Notes: generated from the sequence alone by a model not told the origin. Counted from the first letter of the stretch, positions 27,975 through 37,524 are shown. The stretch is 64,000 nucleotides of DNA from Calditrichia bacterium (GCA_028284445.1 JANQRS010000026.1:41653-105652); one strand, 5' to 3'. A program made the numbers and translations.

Positions 27975-29099
27975 TCAGGTATGTGAAACGCCGAGCCCCA
28001 AATGGGTTTCCTTGATAATATAATCGACAACCCGTTTCAAATCATTGGATTGTTCAAATACGGCCAACTGGCGGTCGGCTCCGCTGCCCATTTCCATCAT
28101 TTTTTTAAGGTATTCGAATTCTTCGCGGGTGCCGAGATCATCAATAACATCGTCTACAAAATCGACCAGTTCCTGGATCAAATCTTTGATGTGAAATTCC
28201 TGTTGTTTGCCAAAATCGATCAGCTTGCCATCCATGCCGTAGCGGCAGGCGCGCCATTTGTTTTCCATAATCAGGGAGCGCCGATAGATGCGAAAGCCAA
28301 GATTTTGCTTTTTAAGCTTATGGAGTTTGGCAACAATGGCCTGAAAGAGTGTGGCGATCATCAAGGTTTCTTCAGCTCTCATCGGTACATCACAGATGCG
28401 GAATTCCAGGGTGTCGAAGAATGGATGCAAGCGAATATCCCACCAAATTTTCTTGGCGTTGTCGATACAGTTGGTTTTCACTAGCAGCTTGAGGAAGTTT
28501 TCATAGACCGCCAGGCTGTCGAAATATTCCGGTATTCCGGTTCGTGGAAAGCGATCAAATACTTTTACCCGGTAGGACTTGAATCCGGTATTGCGCCCCA
28601 CCCAGAAAGGCGAATTGGTGCTTATTGCGAGAACATGCGGGAGAAAGTAGCGGGCAGCGTTCATAATTTGCAGTCCGTCTTCGCGATCGTCGATGCCGAC
28701 ATGAACGTGTAAGCCAAAGATCAGGTTGCCGCGAGCAACCATCTGCATATCCTGAACGATGGTTTTGTACCGCGGATGCTCGGTAATATCCTGATCTTTC
28801 CAGTGAGAAATCGGGTGAGTGCCTGATGCTGCAATGCGCATCCCGGCGTTCTTGGCAGTACGGGCCAGTTCTGTCCGCAATTCATAGAGATCTTCCCGGG
28901 CTTCCTGGATGTTTTTACAAACGCGGGTGCCAATTTCGACCACCGATTGATGCATTTCCGGCTTAAGCTGTTCTGCCAGTCGCGGCTCTTGGTTACCCTC
29001 TATGATCTGCTGTATGTGTGATTTCAGCTCACGGGTTTGCGGGTCAACAATCTGAAACTCTTCTTCTATCCCAATGGTAAATAACTTGGATTTCGCCAT
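27975..29099 (-). CDS. ybdK: YbdK-type carboxylate-amine ligase (GCS2, glutamate--cysteine ligase 2 family)
   Basis: FTIGIEEEFQIVD, EMHQSVVE, FGLHVHVG, STNSPFW.G, WWDIRLHP and TLEFRICD. Confidence 0.95.
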   Translation of the reverse strand: MAKSKLFTIGIEEEFQIVDPQTRELKSHIQQIIEGNQEPRLAEQLKPEMHQSVVEIGTRVCKNIQEAREDLYELRTELARTAKNAGMRIAASGTHPISHWKDQDITEHPRYKTIVQDMQMVARGNLIFGLHVHVGIDDREDGLQIMNAARYFLPHVLAISTNSPFWVGRNTGFKSYRVKVFDRFPRTGIPEYFDSLAVYENFLKLLVKTNCIDNAKKIWWDIRLHPFFDTLEFRICDVPMRAEETLMIATLFQAIVAKLHKLKKQNLGFRIYRRSLIMENKWRACRYGMDGKLIDFGKQQEFHIKDLIQELVDFVDDVIDDLGTREEFEYLKKMMEMGSGADRQLAVFEQSNDLKRVVDYIIKETHLGLGVSHT

Positions 29100-29107
29100 G
29101 TTTTACC

Positions 29108-30082
29108 TCACAGGTTCAGGGCTTTCACATTGACCTTACGGTTTTCAACTGCTGAGGTAATAAACTTACCCCAGGTAAGGTTCATACCGGTTTTCTTGTG
29201 GGCTTTAGCGCGGCGGATTGCCATATCTGCGGCATTTTCAACAACCCACTCAAAATTTTCTTCACCAACGGAATGATAATCTGCATCCGGCGCCGGATTG
29301 CCAAAGTCAATTGCATATGGCTTACCATCGCGGAGCGCCAGCTCAACTGTGTTAAAATCGTAGCCAAGGCCAACGCACAGGCGCATGACGGTATTATCCA
29401 GCAGTTTCTTCATTTTTGCCGTAATTGGCTTCGGTTCCTTGGCATATTGCATGTGGAAAGGTTGGCGGGGATCGTATTCCATCAGCTTGATATCTTTTTG
29501 CCCCAGGCAATAGCAGCGGTAGTATTCCGTAAACTTGATTTCTTCCTGGAGCATCATTACCAACTGGCCGGTTTGATTGTATTTATCAAAAAAGTCATCA
29601 CGATCGGTCACGCGATAAACGTTTTTCCATCCACCGCCGGCGAAGGGTTTAAAGTATGCCGGCCAGCCAATGTATTCGAAAATGGCATCCCAGTCGAGCG
29701 GATAGGCCAGGTTGCGCATGGATTGCTCGTCTGTATCCGTCGGATGGGCATTTGAAGGCAATATCACTGTCTTCGGCACGTGAACGCCAACCATTGTGGC
29801 CAGGGCGTTATTGAAAAACTTATCGTCCGCACTCCACCAGAATGGGTTGTTAATGACCGCAACACCAGCAGAAGCGGCATTCTTGAGGTATGCGCGGTAA
29901 AATGGAATATCCTGCGATATCCGGTCTATGATAACGGCATATTCATCACACACGCCCTGCACTACCTTGTCGACTTTAACAAATTCAGCTTCAATGCCTT
30001 TTGGTGCTTTCGCGTTTACCCGGTCAACAAAGGCCTGAGGAAACGTATTTTCTTTCCCAAAAAGAATCCCAATCTTCTTCAT
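29108..30082 (-). CDS. RimK/glutathione-synthetase-like ATP-grasp protein
   Basis: INNPFWWSADDKF, PKTVILP, YFKPFAGGGWKNVY, MLQEEI, YDFNTVE and AIDFGNPAPD. Confidence 0.85.
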   Translation of the reverse strand: MKKIGILFGKENTFPQAFVDRVNAKAPKGIEAEFVKVDKVVQGVCDEYAVIIDRISQDIPFYRAYLKNAASAGVAVINNPFWWSADDKFFNNALATMVGVHVPKTVILPSNAHPTDTDEQSMRNLAYPLDWDAIFEYIGWPAYFKPFAGGGWKNVYRVTDRDDFFDKYNQTGQLVMMLQEEIKFTEYYRCYCLGQKDIKLMEYDPRQPFHMQYAKEPKPITAKMKKLLDNTVMRLCVGLGYDFNTVELALRDGKPYAIDFGNPAPDADYHSVGEENFEWVVENAADMAIRRAKAHKKTGMNLTWGKFITSAVENRKVNVKALNL

Positions 30083-30322
30083 AATAGCAGCATCTCCTCA
30101 CTTCTCAAAAATCGATGGTTAGTGGTAGTATTTGTGTTCTTGATGGTAGGTGGTAGAAGAGGGGCCGGAGGGTGTCGGAACCCCAAGAGTCGAAGTACCA
30201 TACTGCTTTTGGTAGCAGTAGCGTCTCATTCTGCGTGCCTCTTCTTACGGATTGTCGCTTCAGGAACGCGATAGCTGTCGCGTTATCCGCAAGAATGTAA
30301 GACAAATATTTTTTAATTCCAA
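30083..30322 (-). ncRNA. Candidate structured 5' leader (about 200 nt) with upstream sigma70 promoter
   Basis: Minus-strand TTGGAA-17-TACATT (30322-30294); helices GCGGAU/AUCCGU, AACGCGA/UCGCGUU, UACUGCU/AGCAGUA, AGAAGAGG/CCUCUUCU and GGGG..CCG/CGG.CCCC. Confidence 0.45.
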
Positions 30323-30410
30323 AAAAAGGTGTAGAGGAAAGGGGATAGGTGTTGCTTGTGAGGTGGCAGGTGATTGTTCTTGGTTGTTCGGTGGTGGCTG
30401 AACCCAAGCA

Positions 30411-30454
30411 ACATCCCCCTTTATCCCCCTTCGAAGGTGGATAAAGGGGGATGT
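30411..30454. repeat. C/G-tract palindrome, TTCGAA-centred subtype
   Basis: ACATCCCCCTTTATCCCCCTTCGAAGGTGGATAAAGGGGGATGT, one mismatch. Confidence 0.9.
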
Positions 30455-30474
30455 TTTACGTTCAACTCACACGA

Positions 30475-32331
30475 TCATCTTGTGTAAATCGTCAGTTGCT
30501 CGCCGGGCTTGATCTTGTTGCTGCTTTTACGGTTCCAGAGTTTGATGTCGGCAATGCTGACTTTATAGAGCTGGGCAATTTCCCAGAGAGTGTCGCCGCG
30601 GCGAACCGTATGGGTCACGGCATCACCTTCAGTGGTGGCTTTTGTCACCGGCGGATTGCTTTCAGCGATCGCTGCGGTTGCCGTCGCTGTAGCATTGTCA
30701 TCCGGCAGCCAGATATTGAGCGTCTGGCCCGGTTTGATAAGGCGGCTGCGACGCAAAGCATTCCAACTGCGAATTTGATCAATGGAAACGCCGAAGCTGT
30801 TGGCAATTTTCCAAAGTGAATCGCCGGCCTTTACAACGTAGACTTTCTTTGATCGTCCTTTAACGCTTGTCACTGGCTTGCGCGACGTGCTGGATACGCG
30901 GCTTGAGCGGGTGTTGCTGGAACTGCGTTTGCTGCTGGCATATTTCTTATAGTAGTTTTTGCCTTGAGGAATGGGGATGACCAGGCTTTGACCGGTGCGA
31001 ATGAGACTGCCGCGAATTTTGTTAAAGCGTTTTAGCTCGGACAGGCTGATACCGTAGCTGCGGGCAATTGTGGAAAGTGTTTGTCCACTGCGAACGCGAT
31101 GATGGACCCAGCTGACTTTTTTCTCCTTCGGAATTTCGTCGTATTTCTCCACAAATAAGTCGCGAGTGCCGGCCGGCAGGTTGAGCAGCCAGCGATCTCG
31201 GTCCGGTGGGGTACACCAGCGCAGCAAAGCCGGATTGAGGTTCTTCAATTCGCGATAACTGCTGTTGATAATTTTCGCTACGACATTAAGGTCTACGCAG
31301 TCTGTGACAGTCACGGTGTCAAATACAATTGGCTGTTCCTTGACGATATCGAAACCATATTTTTCCTGGTTATAGGCAATTTCAACTGCTGCTAAAAAGG
31401 TCGGTACATAGTTGCGGGTCTGACGCGGCAATCGCGGCACGTCCCAGAATTCGTCCACCTTATAGCGTTTGATGCGCCGCGCCAATTTGCCGGGGCTGAA
31501 ATTGTATCCGGCCAGGGCAATATACCAATCGCCGAATCGTTCATGGAGGTCCAGCAGGTGACGTGCTGCTGCATGCGAGGCTTTTACCACATCGCGGCGC
31601 TCATCATACCACCAGCTGTGATTGAGGTCGTATGCCCGTCCGGTCGCTGAAATAAACTGCCAGATACCGACAGCGCGGGCATAAGAGCGGACCGTCGGCC
31701 GCAGTCCGCTTTCAATCATAGACAGGTAAAAGAGTTCTTCCGGGGCATTCTCTTTACGCAATATCCCTTTCATCAGGTCTTCATATTTGCCGGCCCGTGC
31801 CAGCCAGCGCTGCATGACCTTGCGGCCTTTGCCACGAGTGAAATACTTAATGGCTTTTTGAACATTGCGATGATCAGATGCCGGGATGGTTAGCTGCGTC
31901 GAAGCGTTGATGTCAGCGACCATTAGGGAATCGAGGGTGTCAGCCTGCACAAAGAGGCTGTCGAGATCTTCCAGGACCTCATTGCTCAAAAGCGAATCAT
32001 CGTTGATTTCATTAAACGCCAAGAAATTGTTATAGGAGGAATCTGCCAGAGCATAAAGGGTTGTTATTGTGCTATCCTCAGTGCGGGCAGTGCCAAGGCT
32101 GTCCAGCAGCTCAAATGTGCTTTGATAGAGTCTGTCAATGACACCGCGATCAGCTTGAAGGGAGTCTTGCAAAGAAATAGCTCGGGTGAGATAAGCTTCA
32201 GCGATCATCAGATCATTATCGACGGCAGCAGTTTCAGCTCTCGGGTTTGCGTCTTTTTTCCAAAAAGCGAGTTGGCAGCCAGAGACGCTAAAAATTAGGA
32301 TAAGCAGGCCCAGTAGAAGGCGATTGTTCAT
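30475..32331 (-). CDS. mltD: Membrane-bound lytic murein transglycosylase D-like (SLT plus three LysM), lipoprotein
   Basis: Lipobox VSGC; YLSMIESG, AVGIWQFI, ALAGYN, LPRQTRNYVP; three H.V..GDTL..IA LysM repeats. Confidence 0.9.
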   Translation of the reverse strand: MNNRLLLGLLILIFSVSGCQLAFWKKDANPRAETAAVDNDLMIAEAYLTRAISLQDSLQADRGVIDRLYQSTFELLDSLGTARTEDSTITTLYALADSSYNNFLAFNEINDDSLLSNEVLEDLDSLFVQADTLDSLMVADINASTQLTIPASDHRNVQKAIKYFTRGKGRKVMQRWLARAGKYEDLMKGILRKENAPEELFYLSMIESGLRPTVRSYARAVGIWQFISATGRAYDLNHSWWYDERRDVVKASHAAARHLLDLHERFGDWYIALAGYNFSPGKLARRIKRYKVDEFWDVPRLPRQTRNYVPTFLAAVEIAYNQEKYGFDIVKEQPIVFDTVTVTDCVDLNVVAKIINSSYRELKNLNPALLRWCTPPDRDRWLLNLPAGTRDLFVEKYDEIPKEKKVSWVHHRVRSGQTLSTIARSYGISLSELKRFNKIRGSLIRTGQSLVIPIPQGKNYYKKYASSKRSSSNTRSSRVSSTSRKPVTSVKGRSKKVYVVKAGDSLWKIANSFGVSIDQIRSWNALRRSRLIKPGQTLNIWLPDDNATATATAAIAESNPPVTKATTEGDAVTHTVRRGDTLWEIAQLYKVSIADIKLWNRKSSNKIKPGEQLTIYTR

Positions 32332-32352
32332 TGTTCCGAATTCCTTATAAAC

Positions 32353-32853
32353 TTAATTGAGGATCCCTTTTTCATTCAAATCGATTATCTTTCGTACCAC
32401 ATCACTGGTCGAGCGATCCGATACAAACGGCACGGTTAAAACCTTGCCGCCATGTGCCTCAACAACTTCCCTCCCAACAATATTCTCGATCGCATAGTCG
32501 CCGCCCTTAACAAGTATATCCGGAACAAGGGTTTCTATCAGGGCCAGTGGGGTATCTTCAGAAAATAGGGTGACGAAATCGACAGCGGCAAGTGCGGCAA
32601 GAACAAAGGCCCGGTCTGCTTGCGGAACGATCGGCCTTCCCTCACCTTTCAGACGCCGAACAGATGCATCGTTGTTGAGACCGAGAATGAGCACATCGCC
32701 GAGATTGCGGGCTTTTTGCAGGTATTCGGCGTGACCACGGTGCAGAATATCGAAGCATCCGTTGGTAAAAACAACCGTTTTTTTATCTCGTGCTAACTGT
32801 TTGCGAATACCTTTGAGTTCATCCCTGCTTTTAATTTTTGTGTGGCTATCCAT
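32353..32853 (-). CDS. rfaE2: D-glycero-beta-D-manno-heptose 1-phosphate adenylyltransferase (RfaE domain II)
   Basis: VFTNGCFDILHRGH, GLNNDASVRRLKG..RP, EDTP and PDILVKGGDY. Confidence 0.95.
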   Translation of the reverse strand: MDSHTKIKSRDELKGIRKQLARDKKTVVFTNGCFDILHRGHAEYLQKARNLGDVLILGLNNDASVRRLKGEGRPIVPQADRAFVLAALAAVDFVTLFSEDTPLALIETLVPDILVKGGDYAIENIVGREVVEAHGGKVLTVPFVSDRSTSDVVRKIIDLNEKGILN

Positions 32854-32920
32854 CCATTGAGTCCATCTTGGTAGAAAACTTGGATAAAGAACTAAATATA
32901 CCGGGTTTGCGGGAGAATGC

Positions 32921-32944
32921 AAATGTGCAAATGAGCAAATCGGG
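32921..32944. repeat. Short degenerate octamer tandem (AAATGTGC-AAATGAGC-AAATCGGG)
   Basis: 8-nt periodicity; resembles the AAATCAGC unit at 43202-43281. Confidence 0.4.
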
Positions 32945-32991
32945 AAGTGTTAAGAAGTTGAAGCGTTATACCGTTTTTGATATCTTCGTTC

Positions 32992-33040
32992 ACGGTCAAC
33001 GGTCAACGGTCAACGGTCAACGGTCAACGGTCAACGGTCA
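32992..33040. repeat. Perfect heptamer tandem repeat (ACGGTCA)x7
   Basis: Seven exact copies counted in the sequence. Confidence 0.98.
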
Positions 33041-33053
33041 ATTCCTGCCACTG

Positions 33054-35738
33054 CTACTGTTTCTTCTTCTTCATCTCCGGCAGCTTGAATTTCATGGTCA
33101 CTTCGCCGGTTTTCGGATCAATCGTTACCGATTGGTCGTCGGTTAGCAGCTGCTTGCCGGTCGACATCTGAAAGAGGCCGTTGAGGAATTGCATGCCCTG
33201 ATTGAGGGTTTCGGCAAGGGTGTCCGGATCTTGTTCTGCTTCCGACTTTTTGGATTTCTCTTTGACCGGTTTGCCGGCAGCATCTGCCTGGTGCAAGGCG
33301 GCCGGATTTTCCATGTCATCGCTGGAGAAAAGCGGAAGCTGTTCGGCCAAGCGGGTTGCCGGTGAGATCGATGTTGCGGTCTCCATCACCTCCGCCTGTT
33401 CAGCTGCGGCCGGATCACCGAAGGCGGCAACCAGTTGCTCAACCTGGCGGATAAAGGTTGCCGCGCCACGAGCGGAGAGATCGACTTCATCGGTCAGGTT
33501 GGATTCATCAAGCACTGCATCAAACAGCGATTGCTTGACCTGCAAACCACTTTGGATGCGTTCTTCAATGCTTTCCCGGGCCACCAGATTGATGACCGTA
33601 ATTTTATCGCTTTCCTGACCAATGCGATTAATACGCCCGATGCGTTGATTCTTCCTGGCCGGGTTCCATGGCAGCTCCATATTGATGACTGTGTCAGCGA
33701 ATTGCAGATTCAGGCCGGAGCCACCTGCCTCTGTTGATAAGAAAACATGACAATCAGTGTCGTCACGGAAGGTGGAGATGAGCTCGCCACGCTGCTTCAC
33801 CGGGACGTCGCCGCTGAGTGTGACATAGCCAATTTGATTGGCCTTGAGAATGCGCTCAATAAGGCGTTGCATCATCTTCCATTCCGTGAAAATGATTGTT
33901 TTCCGGCCGGATTCGCGAACTTGCAACTTGTCGGTGAGGATTTCTTCCAGCTCTCGCAGCTTCGGAGAAAAATTGGTTTCCTTGTCGATCAGGAAAGTTG
34001 AGTTGCAAACCATGCGCAAATTTAATAACAATGCTTGCAGACGCTGCATGTCGTATACAGTCTTGTATTTCTTGTGCAGAATGGCGGCGAGGGATCGCGC
34101 AAATTCCGCGTGCAACTCCGCCTGTCGCGGATGCAGGTTGACCGGAATGGTCATTTCCTGCAGCGCAGGTAGTTGATCAAGCACATCGCTGCGGCGGCGA
34201 CGAATCACCCAGGGCGCAATGCGGTCTTTCAGCGCCTGCAAATTGTAATAGCCGATAATGCGATCCTTATTTCGCCGATCAAAATAGCAGTGGTTCATGG
34301 AAAATTCCCAGAGCGGCGCGAGGATCTTCGGATCAATGAAATTCATAATTGAATAGAGATCACCAAGGCGATTCTCAATCGGGGTACCGGTAATCACCAG
34401 TGAATGCTTCTTCGGGATGGCCTTAACCGCATAGGAGGTCTTGGTGGTATAATTCTTGATCCGCTGCGCCTCGTCGAGAATGATCATATCCGGTGGATAC
34501 ATCTTCACAACATCCAAATCGCGCAGCACCGCTTCATAGTTGGTAATCAGGAAGTAGGCGTCGGCTGTGCGATAAAGCAGTTGCCGCTCGTCCTTGCCGC
34601 CTTCAACCACCATGACGGTTTCATCGGTGAAATTTTCGATTTCTTCTTTCCACTGAAATTTTAAACTGGCCGGGCAAATGACCAGCACTCGCTTAAATCC
34701 AAAAAGGTCTTTCTTGAGCGTCGCAACGGTAATTGCCTGTGCGGTTTTCCCCAGACCCATTTCGTCGGCGATGATGGTGCCTTTCTTGAATAACGAGAAG
34801 CGAATACCGTCAATCTGATAGTCCAGTAGGTTGCCTTTAATGGCGCTGAAATCCGGCTGCGCGTTCCGCGACAGCTTGCGGATATGAATATCTTCAAAAT
34901 ACTGATCGACTTTTTCTACAACACCGGGGCGTATCAGGAACTTTTTGATCTGTGCCGCATCGTTCAGGAAATTGAGGAACGCCGGATATTCTTCAGCCTC
35001 AACATAGTTCTTACCCCCAAAATACTGGTCCAGCAAAGAGGCAATCTCAACCGATATGGCGCCCTTGTAGAAATAAGTGATGCGGTAATCGTGCAAGGGA
35101 TCGCAGTAAATGTCCACAAAAGGGAAGGGCTGAAGCTCGGCCAGGCGTTGAACCGGCAGTTCGTTATTTATTTTGCGCTGCATAAAAATCAGGTGTTTGC
35201 AGGTGCCGAGCTTATTGGTCTTGAAATCCGGGCAGGAGCAATAGCAATTATTGCTGTCAAAATCGCGGATGGTGATTTCATAGATGCGGCCTTTGGCCGT
35301 TTTTAGCTGATGGATGCCGTGGATATTGTCCGCAAACTGAACCTGGTATGCTTCCTTCTCGGCGCGTTCTTCACGTTCGTAGACCACGCGTCGAATCATT
35401 TCTTCGCGGGTATACGGCGTGCCCTCATCCGCTTCACCGGATTCATCCACTCGGCGAAAATGCTGCTCAACCAGCAAGAGCGCTGCTGCAGTGTGATGAC
35501 AGCAAGGGAGGCGCGATTGGCAGGAGCAGCTATGCTGCAATTTATTGCCGGCATGAATTTCCACTTCGAAATCCTCGAAACGATCCTCAATACCAATTCG
35601 CCAGGTACCTTCGTCCTTCGACAAGAGTGAACACATCTCCATTTCCAGCAGTTGCTTGCCACGATGGTAGGTCAGTTCGGAGCGAATGTAGTTGGATTTC
35701 AGTTCCGGTACGGATGGAAAAACAATGGGACTGCTCAT
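33054..35738 (-). CDS. SWIM zinc-finger SNF2-family helicase
   Basis: Two SWIM motifs (CSCQ...CCHH; CSCPDF..N.LGTCKH), IADEMGLGKT, ILDEAQRIKN, TGTPIEN, STEAGGSGLNLQ and QRIGRINR; GGAGG RBS before 35738. Confidence 0.95.
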   Translation of the reverse strand: MSSPIVFPSVPELKSNYIRSELTYHRGKQLLEMEMCSLLSKDEGTWRIGIEDRFEDFEVEIHAGNKLQHSCSCQSRLPCCHHTAAALLLVEQHFRRVDESGEADEGTPYTREEMIRRVVYEREERAEKEAYQVQFADNIHGIHQLKTAKGRIYEITIRDFDSNNCYCSCPDFKTNKLGTCKHLIFMQRKINNELPVQRLAELQPFPFVDIYCDPLHDYRITYFYKGAISVEIASLLDQYFGGKNYVEAEEYPAFLNFLNDAAQIKKFLIRPGVVEKVDQYFEDIHIRKLSRNAQPDFSAIKGNLLDYQIDGIRFSLFKKGTIIADEMGLGKTAQAITVATLKKDLFGFKRVLVICPASLKFQWKEEIENFTDETVMVVEGGKDERQLLYRTADAYFLITNYEAVLRDLDVVKMYPPDMIILDEAQRIKNYTTKTSYAVKAIPKKHSLVITGTPIENRLGDLYSIMNFIDPKILAPLWEFSMNHCYFDRRNKDRIIGYYNLQALKDRIAPWVIRRRRSDVLDQLPALQEMTIPVNLHPRQAELHAEFARSLAAILHKKYKTVYDMQRLQALLLNLRMVCNSTFLIDKETNFSPKLRELEEILTDKLQVRESGRKTIIFTEWKMMQRLIERILKANQIGYVTLSGDVPVKQRGELISTFRDDTDCHVFLSTEAGGSGLNLQFADTVINMELPWNPARKNQRIGRINRIGQESDKITVINLVARESIEERIQSGLQVKQSLFDAVLDESNLTDEVDLSARGAATFIRQVEQLVAAFGDPAAAEQAEVMETATSISPATRLAEQLPLFSSDDMENPAALHQADAAGKPVKEKSKKSEAEQDPDTLAETLNQGMQFLNGLFQMSTGKQLLTDDQSVTIDPKTGEVTMKFKLPEMKKKKQ

Positions 35739-35749
35739 GCTGATGCCTC

Positions 35750-36265
35750 CTAGAGCAATGCGGTGATCATCTTGCTGATATCCGCTGCTGAATGGTCGGA
35801 CGAGCTGATGCGCTGCTGGCTCCACATGTCGTAAATTGGTTCCCGCCGCAGGTAGTTTGCCTTGATGTCATCAATCATATTGCCTTGATTTAGCAAGGGG
35901 CGATTCCTATCGCCGGCAATCCTGGCAATGATATCATCGATAGCGGCATCAATCCAAATGACCAGTGAAGACTCGGACAGCGAGGCCATATTTCCGGCGC
36001 GCTCAATCACTCCACCACCGCAGTCAATGACACAGTTGATATTGCCTTCAAGGCTCATGATGATATCACTTTCGATATCGCGAAAAGCTGTCCATCCTGA
36101 AGCGGCGACAAATTCAGAAATGGGTTGGCCAAGATGATCTTCGATCATCTGATCGGTGGAATGATATGGCCAAACAAGATCTTTTGCCAATTGACGCCCT
36201 ATCGTGGTTTTGCCGACACCACGATAGCCAATCAGCACCAGTCGCCGGTACGCGGCTTTGGTCAT
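35750..36265 (-). CDS. aroK: Shikimate kinase
   Basis: LIGYRGVGKTTIG, STD, GWTAFRDIE, DCGGG and RPLL; ATG overlaps the aroA stop (TAATG). Confidence 0.95.
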   Translation of the reverse strand: MTKAAYRRLVLIGYRGVGKTTIGRQLAKDLVWPYHSTDQMIEDHLGQPISEFVAASGWTAFRDIESDIIMSLEGNINCVIDCGGGVIERAGNMASLSESSLVIWIDAAIDDIIARIAGDRNRPLLNQGNMIDDIKANYLRREPIYDMWSQQRISSSDHSAADISKMITALL

Positions 36266-37524
36266 TATAAACTCACAAAAAATTGATCGAAGTGCTGCCA
36301 GTACTGCGGATAAGATTTTCGAACACAATCAGGATTCTCGATAGAAATACCCGGCACGCGCAGGCCTGCCAGCGAGAAACACATTGCCATACGATGATCG
36401 TTATAGGTTTTGATCTGTCCGCCGTTTAAAGGCGTTGGCTCAATCAGAAGGTCATCATCTTCTGCCCACGCCTTGCCGCCCATGATGGCAACATTATCAA
36501 TAATAGCCTGTAAACGGTCACATTCCTTGTATCGAAGGTGGGAGATATTGCGAAAGCGGGAGATACCGTCTGCAAAGAGGGCAAGCATGGCAACTGTTGG
36601 TACCAGATCCGGTGAGTTATGCATGTCCCAATCAAGCGGCCTGATGGTTTCTGTACCGCGGACGGTTACTTCTTCGTTGTTCCAACTAACATCTGCTCCG
36701 GCATCTGCCAGGATGTCAAGAATCACCCGGTCGCCCTGCACGGATTGCGGCGAAAGATTGGTGATGGTAAAGGCTGTGCCGGTCATGGCAGCGGCGGTTA
36801 ACCAGTAAGAAGCGCTGGAATAGTCACCTTCAACTGTGGTGTCGCTGAGATGATATCGCTGTCCACCGGGCACCTCAAATCGATCATCAAAGCTATGTAG
36901 TTCGATGCCGGCTCGTTTCATTAAGGCCACGGTCATATCGACATAAGGACGGGAGGCCACGTTGCCGTTATGCGTAATCGTAAGGCCTTGTCCGGTGTAG
37001 GGGGCAATGATCAACAGGGCTGAAAGAAACTGAGATGATTTGGATGCGTCGATCGTAACGTGTGCTTTGTTGATAGTGCCGCCTCGTAGGCGAAAAGGCA
37101 TATAGCCGTTCTGGCTCTCGCTGTGAATCCCAAGTGTCTGCAAGGCATCGAGAAGTTCGCCCATCGGTCGCTCGCGCATTCTTTCCGAGCCGTCAAAGGC
37201 GCTGATGACTGGCTGAATCGCAGCAAAGCCGGTAAGCAAGCGCGCACTGGTGCCGGAATTTTCCACCAGGATGTTAACGGTATCAACTGGCTGCTGATAG
37301 TTACCGCTAAAAACGACTTTATGACCATGATCTTCAGCATCAAAGCCCAGCTTGCGAATGGCTGTGAGGGTGATTTCCGCATCCTCGCTGATAAGCGGTT
37401 TACTAACGGTAACAGGACGTCGGCCAAGCGCGGCCATCAGAAAGAGCCGGTGCGTGAGGCTTTTGGACGATGGGAGTTCCAGCTTCCCGGCTATTTTGCC
37501 TGGATGGATATCGCGGAATTTCAT
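36265..37524 (-). CDS. aroA: 3-phosphoshikimate 1-carboxyvinyltransferase (EPSP synthase)
   Basis: LPSSKSLTHR, ENSGTSAR, RPM, SSQFLSALL, EGDYSSA, KECDRL and DHRMAM. Confidence 0.97.
   Translation of the reverse strand: MKFRDIHPGKIAGKLELPSSKSLTHRLFLMAALGRRPVTVSKPLISEDAEITLTAIRKLGFDAEDHGHKVVFSGNYQQPVDTVNILVENSGTSARLLTGFAAIQPVISAFDGSERMRERPMGELLDALQTLGIHSESQNGYMPFRLRGGTINKAHVTIDASKSSQFLSALLIIAPYTGQGLTITHNGNVASRPYVDMTVALMKRAGIELHSFDDRFEVPGGQRYHLSDTTVEGDYSSASYWLTAAAMTGTAFTITNLSPQSVQGDRVILDILADAGADVSWNNEEVTVRGTETIRPLDWDMHNSPDLVPTVAMLALFADGISRFRNISHLRYKECDRLQAIIDNVAIMGGKAWAEDDDLLIEPTPLNGGQIKTYNDHRMAMCFSLAGLRVPGISIENPDCVRKSYPQYWQHFDQFFVSL

Noticed and set aside
28002-28484. Long antisense ORFs such as 28002..28484, 29198..29755, 49221..49757 and 60595..61104
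   Set aside because: They are opposite-strand shadows of well-supported genes.
30151-30245. 95-nt segment with an 8-bp closing helix plus ACCA, resembling tRNA-Sec
   Set aside because: No UCA or any canonical 7-nt anticodon loop, no credible D-stem, and the T-loop-like TTCGACT/TTCCGAC are not in proper stems. CTACCA recurs nearby, so ACCA may be chance. Kept only as part of the leader candidate.
30245-30292. Resemblance of GCGGA...CCUGAAG to the glnA glutamine riboswitch, and of GGGUUCCG to ykkC
   Set aside because: The GGAAGUA E-loop strand and P2 are missing, and the ykkC partner strand and 3' tail are absent.
30105-30407. Small ORFs 30105..30407 and 61179..61406
   Set aside because: Both start in or next to palindromic repeats, cross promoter-like DNA, and show no recognisable motifs.
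33054-35738. SNF2 helicase as part of a defence system or prophage
   Set aside because: No methylase, nuclease, integrase or phage genes are nearby; stand-alone SWIM-SNF2 genes are common.
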